A stretch of 57,232 bases of DNA from Octopus bimaculoides (Eukaryota), in the NCBI RefSeq assembly GCF_001194135.2, contig NC_068998.1, positions 42,579,654-42,636,885 on the forward strand. Reading direction: 5' to 3'. This document shows positions 51,138-57,232 of this stretch, in pieces. A model generated the notes under the pieces. The model did no database searches. It was not told the DNA's origin and worked only from the letters and a program-made list of their open reading frames with translations. Position 1 is the first letter of the stretch; each line of letters opens with the position of its first letter. Both the position numbers and the translations under genes were made by a program.

Positions 51138-52399
51138 GAGAAAGGGAGACAAAATATGCATGTGGATTTGATATAATGCTCATGTACCCTTCACCACTAC
51201 ATGGTAGAAAGTTACATGTTGTATATTATAGTATAGGCTACATTAGTTGTGTGGTGTTGAACGAATATATAGTATATATCACATGGTGTGATGTGTGTGC
51301 GTGTGTGTTGCAGTTTAATGTGGTTTAGTTATGATATAATGTGCTGTAATCTATGTTACAGTATAGAGTGGTATAACGCAATGTAGCTTGTGACATAGTG
51401 TGGTGTGGTGATGCAGTGTATGGTATAGTTTAATTTCGTATATGATGTAGTTCGCTGTGGTATAGTTATAATATGATGTGCTGTAGTTTATGATACAGCA
51501 TAGTGGTATACTGCGATGTAGTTTGTGACACAGTATGATGTGGTGATGCAGTATAACTTGCAGTGTAATGTGGTTTATGGTGTAGTGTGGTGTATGGTGT
51601 AGTATATGATGTAGCTCAATGTGGTGTATCATGGTATGATGGGCTACAGTTTATGATGCAGTTAAGAGTGATTTAATGTAATGGTGTGGTATAATGTAGC
51701 TTGTGATGTAGTACGGTGCAAATTGATGCAGTACAGCTTGTGTAACTGTCGTGTGTGTGGTCTTCTGATACAGCTGTTTCGTGCAGCGGGTGTCTAGTCT
51801 GTAGTATGTATGACCTCTAACCTCTGGCCCCCAAAACTGCATCGCCGCGCTGCGCTGCGTGTCTCCGCCGCCGCCGCCGCCGCCACGAACACTACCACCA
51901 CCACTACCGCCGCCGTCATCGCCGGAGTCGCCGTCGTCGCCGCCACCACGTTAGCAGGTCACGTGATGCTTAGTGTAAGAAACATGCGCTGAGCAGAAAA
52001 GAGTTTCTCTTGTTTAGGAAGTTGAAGCCAATATGTTGTGTGTCGCTGCCTTGTAAAAGAGAGAAGTAAGTTTTTGTTGCTGTTGCTGTAGTCGTCGTCG
52101 TCGTCATCGTTGTTCTTGTTGTTGTTGTTGTTGTTCATGCTACCGATGCTGCTGCTGCTGTTGTTGTTGTTGTTTTTCTTTCTTTCTTTTCTTGTTGTTG
52201 ATGCTACTGCTGCTGTCGTCTTTGTGGATGCTGCTGCTGTTGATGCTGTTAGTAATTTCTCTTCTCGTAGTTAGACTTGTTGTTTCTGCTGCTGCTACTG
52301 CTGCTGTTTCTGTTGTTGTTATTGTTGTTGTCTTGATCACCGTGATAATGGTGGTGGTGGTGGTGGTGGTAGTTCAGTTACTGTTGTTGCCGTTGTTGT

Positions 52400-53240
52400 G
52401 GTTTTGTTGTAGTACTGAAATTTGCGTGGTAGTATAGGTATAGTAAACAGTGGTTGTTTTTTAGTAGCAGTTTTGTTGTAGTTCAGATATTTGCGTGATA
52501 GTATAGGCGTAGTAAGCAGTGGTTGTTTTTTAGTAGCAGTTGTATTGTAGTACAAATGTTTGCGTGGTAGTATAGGCGTAGTAAACAGTGGTTGTTTTCT
52601 AGTAGTAGTTTTATTATAGTTCAGATATTTTCGTGGTAGTATAGGCGTAATAAAGAGTGGTTGTTTTCTAGTAGTAGTTTTATTGTAGTACAGATATTTC
52701 AGTGGTAGTATAGGCGTAGTAAACAGTGGTTGTTTTCTAGTAGTAGTTTTATTATAGTTCAGATATTTCAGTGGTAGTATAGGCGTAATAAAGAGTGGTT
52801 GTTTTCTAGTAGTAGTTTTATTGTAGTTCAGATATTTGCGTGGAAGTATAGCTGTAGTTAAAAGTGGTTGTTTTCTTGTTGTAGTTTCGTTGTAGTACTG
52901 ATATTTGCGTGGTAGTATGGGTGTAGTAAACAGTGGTTGTTTTCTAGTAGTAATTTTGCTGTAGTACTGATATTTGCGGGGTAGTATAGGCATAGTAAAC
53001 AATGGTTGTTTTCAAGTAGTAATCTTGTTGTAGTACTGATATTTGCGTGGTAGTATAGCTGTAGTAAAAAGTGGTTGTTTTTTAGTATCAGTTTTGTTGT
53101 AGTACTGATATTTGTGTGGTAGTATAGCTGTAGTTAAAAGTAGTTGTTTTCTTGTAGTAGTTTTGTTGCAGTACTGATATTTACGTGGTAGTATGAGCGC
53201 AGTAAGCAGTGGTTGTTTTCTAGTAGTAGTTTTGTAATAG
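52400..53240. repeat. 69-bp minisatellite, about 12 units
   Basis: The motif tagtaaacag (with variants) recurs at 52441, 52510, 52579 ... 53200, exactly 69 bp apart. Confidence 0.97.
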
Positions 53241-53780
53241 TGGTGCTGTTCTTATATTGTTTTTGCTTGGTACAGTATTGGTGTTGGCGTTGGTGGTGTG
53301 GTGGCGCTAGTATATTATCGCTGTTACAGTTGCGGTGGTAGTATTCCTTCTTTTTTTTTTCAAATGATTAACGTAGAGTTCTTGTAGTGTCGCTCGACGT
53401 GATGGCTGCGGTGGTAGTATTGACTTTCCTACCAGTTGTGATGGTGGTAGTGGTGACTTACTTCGGTGCTGTTGTCTGGGTGATAGTATCGGCGGTGGTA
53501 GTAGTTGTTGCAGTTTTGGTTGCAGTGCCGGTATTACTACTGGTGCTGCTGCTGATATTGCTGTAGTACTAGTAGTTGTCACTCGCGTTCCGGTAGTAGT
53601 AGTAGTAGTAGCCATGGCAGTAGCGTCTCTGGTGGTAGTGGTGGTGTGTTGTCTTGGCGGTAGTGTCAGTAGTGATAGTATAGAACAGTTATTGATGTTC
53701 GTGGTACGATTGTTGCAGATTCGGTAGTAGTTCCGGCAGTGGTGTTGTAGTGATGACCATAGTAGTGTCAGCGCAGTTGT

Positions 53781-53811
<31 letters not shown>

Positions 53812-54254
53812 CAGCAGTAACAGTAGTAGTATTTATTGTTGTAGTATTGTGGTTGTGTTGGTAGTCGTGGTTGTTGTGGTGTTGTAGTTGCGGTGGTAGC
53901 AGTAGTGTTGTTGTTGTTGTTGTTATTGTTGCTGCTGCTGTGGTGGTGTTGTTGAAGTGTTACTGTCATCATATACGATACAGTATCGGAGGTAGTATTC
54001 GTGGTTACAGATAAATGAAGACTATATTACAGTTAGGGAGTTAGTGTACAGATCCACTCTTAATTATTTCGCCTTGGTACCAGCATGATAGTTTGGGCGC
54101 TAGTACGTGCTACTGCCATAGTAGTTTGTGACGTAGTAGATGCTGTGGTAGTGTCTTGGTGCCAGTATGGCAGTGTGGATCGTAGTAGTGGTGTGATATT
54201 GTTATAGCAGTTTGTGATAAAGTAGTTGCTGTGGTTGTGTCTTGGTGGCAGTCT

Positions 54255-54520
54255 CATAGTATGTGTGGTAGTAATGATGTGGTACTGGTGTAGTAGTTTC
54301 TAATGTAGTAGTTTCTGATGTAGTATGTGTCGGTGCCAGTATGACAGTATGGGTGGTGATAATGATGTGGTACTGGTGTAGTAGGTTGTGATGTAGTAGT
54401 TTGTCGTGTCGGTGCCAGTATGACAGTATGTGTGGTAGTAATGATGTGGTATAGGTGTAGTAGTTTGTGATGTAGTAGTTTGTCGTATAGTGTGTCGGTG
54501 CCAGTATGGTTGTGTGTACT
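54255..54520. repeat. Diverged tandem repeat of about 80-85 bp, about 3 units
   Basis: gtgtcggtgccagtatg and gtaatgatgtggta recur three times. Confidence 0.85.
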
Positions 54521-54694
54521 GATGTTGTTTTGGCGGTAGTATTGATCCACTCTTAAGTCACCTTCTAGCCAACATGTGGTGCTGCAGTTGCAGTGATAGT
54601 GCTGTATTTCCCTCCCAGCTAACAGGTGGTACAGGTATTGTAGTATGGTAATGACGATGTTGTGGTTGGAGTTGTAGTATTATTGCAAGGTTAC

Positions 54695-54935
54695 TGTTAC
54701 TGTTTAGGTAATAGTACTGAGGTGATGTTGCTGCTACAGTTTCGGTAACAGCACTGTGGTATAATGTTGTTGTTACTGTTTAGGTAATAGTACTGAGGTG
54801 ATGTTGCTGCTACAGTTCGGTAACAGTACTGAGGTGATGTTGCTGTTACAGCTTAGGTAACAGTGTGGTGGTAATGTTGCTGTTACAGATTAGGCAACAG
54901 TATACCGCGGCGATGTTGTTATAATTGTTTAGGCG
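54695..54935. repeat. Diverged tandem repeat of about 37 bp
   Basis: Variants of aggtaacagtactgaggtgatgttgctgttacag. Confidence 0.85.
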
Positions 54936-55087
54936 CTAGTGTTGGTGTGGTTCATCCGGTTAACAAGATATCAATCCTGACAGATCTATAAATTGTGCGT
55001 GTATGTGTATATACATGTGTATATTTGTGTGTGTGTGTGTGTGTGTGTACCCGTGCGTGTCTTTGCGTGTGTGTGTGTGTATAAATA

Positions 55088-55130
<43 letters not shown>

Positions 55131-55318
55131 GTGTGTGTGTGTATATATATATATGTCTGTGTGTGTATATGCGTGTGTGTGTGTGTGTGTATGTATTCAC
55201 ACACACACACACACACACACACATGTACATATATACATGTGTGTGTACCAGTGTGTGTGTTTGTGTGTGTATATGCGTGTGTGTCTAGGTATTCACACAC
55301 ACACACGCACACACAAAC

Positions 55319-55351
<33 letters not shown>

Positions 55352-55708
55352 ATAGAGGTGGGTAGAAGAAGACGGACGAGAGGAGGAGGCGTAGGAGGGA
55401 AGGGGTCATTAATGTGAAGGGTCCATTTCGTGGCGGCAGCAGTCGCAGCAGCAGTAGTAGTACTGTAGTAGTATCGGAGGTGGTAGTGAGTGGTGTATCG
55501 TGTTTATTTTCGTCAGTTGTCAGTTATTATAGTTCGGGTAGTAGTTTATTAGTGGTGCTGGTGGTGGTGGTGTCGGTCATAAGTTCTTTGGACTTGTTGG
55601 ACATTGTGTGCTGATGTATAGTATCGGTGGTAGTGTGCGCAGTGGTCATCGTATCGTTGTAGCGACAACACTACAGTAGTGATAGGGGGCGGCGGTTGAA
55701 GTGAGAGC

Positions 55709-55740
<32 letters not shown>

Positions 55741-55822
55741 GTTATAATGATGATGATGATGATGATGGTTATAATGATGATGATGATGATGATGGTTATA
55801 ATGAGGATGATGATGATGATGT
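55709..55822. repeat. (GAT)n with a 27-bp higher-order repeat
   Basis: gttataat interruptions at 55741, 55768 and 55795. Confidence 0.9.
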
Positions 55823-55955
55823 ATATCTACTCACTGTTCATGCTACTTTGATTTTTTTCTTTTTTTTTCTTTCATTGCTGTAGTAGTAGTAGTAGTAGTA
55901 GTAGTAGCAGCAGTTATTGTTGTTGTTGCTGTTGCTGTTCCCAAGAAAACAAAGG

Positions 55956-56000
<45 letters not shown>

Positions 56001-56759
56001 TACACATCACACATGCACACGCGCGCACATACACGCACGCACGCTCGCACACGTGCGCAAACACGCACGATGCACTCATAATTCTCACGCATTTCGCTAG
56101 CGCACTCACGCNNNNNNNNNNNNNNNNNNNNNNNNNNNNNNNNNNNNNNNNNNNNNNNNNNNNNNNNNNNNNNNNNNNNNNNNNNNNNNNNNNNNNNNNN
56201 NNNNNNNNNNNNNNNNNNNNNNNNNNNNNNNNNNNNNNNNNNNNNNNNNNNNNNNNNNNNNNNNNNNNNNNNNNNNNNNNNNNNNNNNNNNNNNNNNNNN
56301 NNNNNNNNNNNNNNNNNNNNNNNNNNNNNNNNNNNNNNNNNNNNNNNNNNNNNNNNNNNNNNNNNNNNNNNNNNNNNNNNNNNNNNNNNNNNNNNNNNNN
56401 NNNNNNNNNNNNNNNNNNNNNNNNNNNNNNNNNNNNNNNNNNNNNNNNNNNNNNNNNNNNNNNNNNNNNNNNNNNNNNNNNNNNNNNNNNNNNNNNNNNN
56501 NNNNNNNNNNNNNNNNNNNNNNNNNNNNNNNNNNNNNNNNNNNNNNNNNNNNNNNNNNNNNNNNNNNNNNNNNNNNNNNNNNNNNNNNNNNNNNNNNNNN
56601 NNNNNNNNNNNNNNNNNNNNNNNNNNNNNNNNNNNNNNNNNNNNNNNNNNNNNNNNNNNNNNNNNNNNNNNNNNNNNNNNNNNNNNNNNNNNNNNNNNNN
56701 NNNNNNNNNNNNNNNNNNNNNNNNNNNNNNNNACACACAAACATTCATGCATGCATGCC

Positions 56760-56795
<36 letters not shown>

Positions 56796-56892
56796 TACAT
56801 ACACGCACGCATATGCAGATGTGGTATTCACGGTAACAAAAAAGATATTATATATGTATAACTTTATAAGGATACACACGCAAACACACACA

Positions 56893-56929
<37 letters not shown>

Positions 56930-57021
56930 GTATATATACATATGCATATATATATATATATATATATACTCATCAATTTATATGTATAAATATGAGACAT
57001 GCATAAAGATATATATATTAT

Positions 57022-57232
57022 ATAGGCGTAGGAGTGGCTGTGTGGTAAGTAGCTTGCTTACAAACCACATGGTCCCGGGTTCAGTCCCACTGCGTGGCAT
57101 CTTGGGCAAGTGCCTTCTACTATAGCCTCGGGCCGACCAATGCCTTGTGAGTGGATTTGGTAGACGGAAACTGAAAGAAGCCTGTCGTATATATGTATAT
57201 ATATATATATATGTATGTGTGTATGTGTTTGT
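57022..57232 (+). mobile_element. SINE family A, 5' part, runs off the window
   Basis: Head ggcgtaggagtggctgtgtggtaag with A-box-like tggctgtgtgg and B-box-like ggttcagtccc. Confidence 0.95.

Noticed and set aside
52400-53240. CRISPR-like array
   Set aside because: The whole unit repeats with no unique spacers, and the context is eukaryotic with no cas genes.
54255-54935. Mucin-like Thr-rich coding on the minus strand
   Set aside because: Unit lengths are not multiples of 3, so the frame shifts between units.
57022-57100. tRNA genes at SINE heads
   Set aside because: A/B-box-like motifs are present, but there is no complete cloverleaf and each runs into a SINE body.

Overview
Eukaryotic, repeat-dominated draft-assembly DNA with 13 N-gaps (the largest at 932-1498, 10130-10653, 15955-16365, 43183-43487, 45431-45790 and 56112-56732). 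The very dense (TA)n/(CA)n/(TAA)n/(GTA)n microsatellites and the tRNA-headed SINE families point to an octopus genome; this is inference from recalled repeat families, not a database check. No host gene can be identified with confidence, and almost all long ORFs in the supplied track are microsatellite or gap artefacts. What the sequence does support: about 25 SINE copies in four families (labelled A-D here), protein-level remnants of R4/Dong, RTE (two copies) and Penelope retroelements, a deleted DD37D (maT-type) Tc1/mariner, two TA-flanked mariner MITEs, a long-TIR element inside (TA)n, and several minisatellites. The most unusual items are a palindrome-forming repeat family (15.7 kb and 33.5-34.8 kb), a TIR-bounded element carrying a degenerate TTAGGG array, a recurrent dimeric SINE, a tandem-monomer region upstream of an Asn/Gln-rich ORF start, and a frame-preserving 69-bp minisatellite. 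A few short candidate exons are reported only as hypotheses. I found no convincing evidence of a novel multi-gene system. SINE and LINE boundaries are approximate (about +/-20 bp) unless a TSD is quoted.
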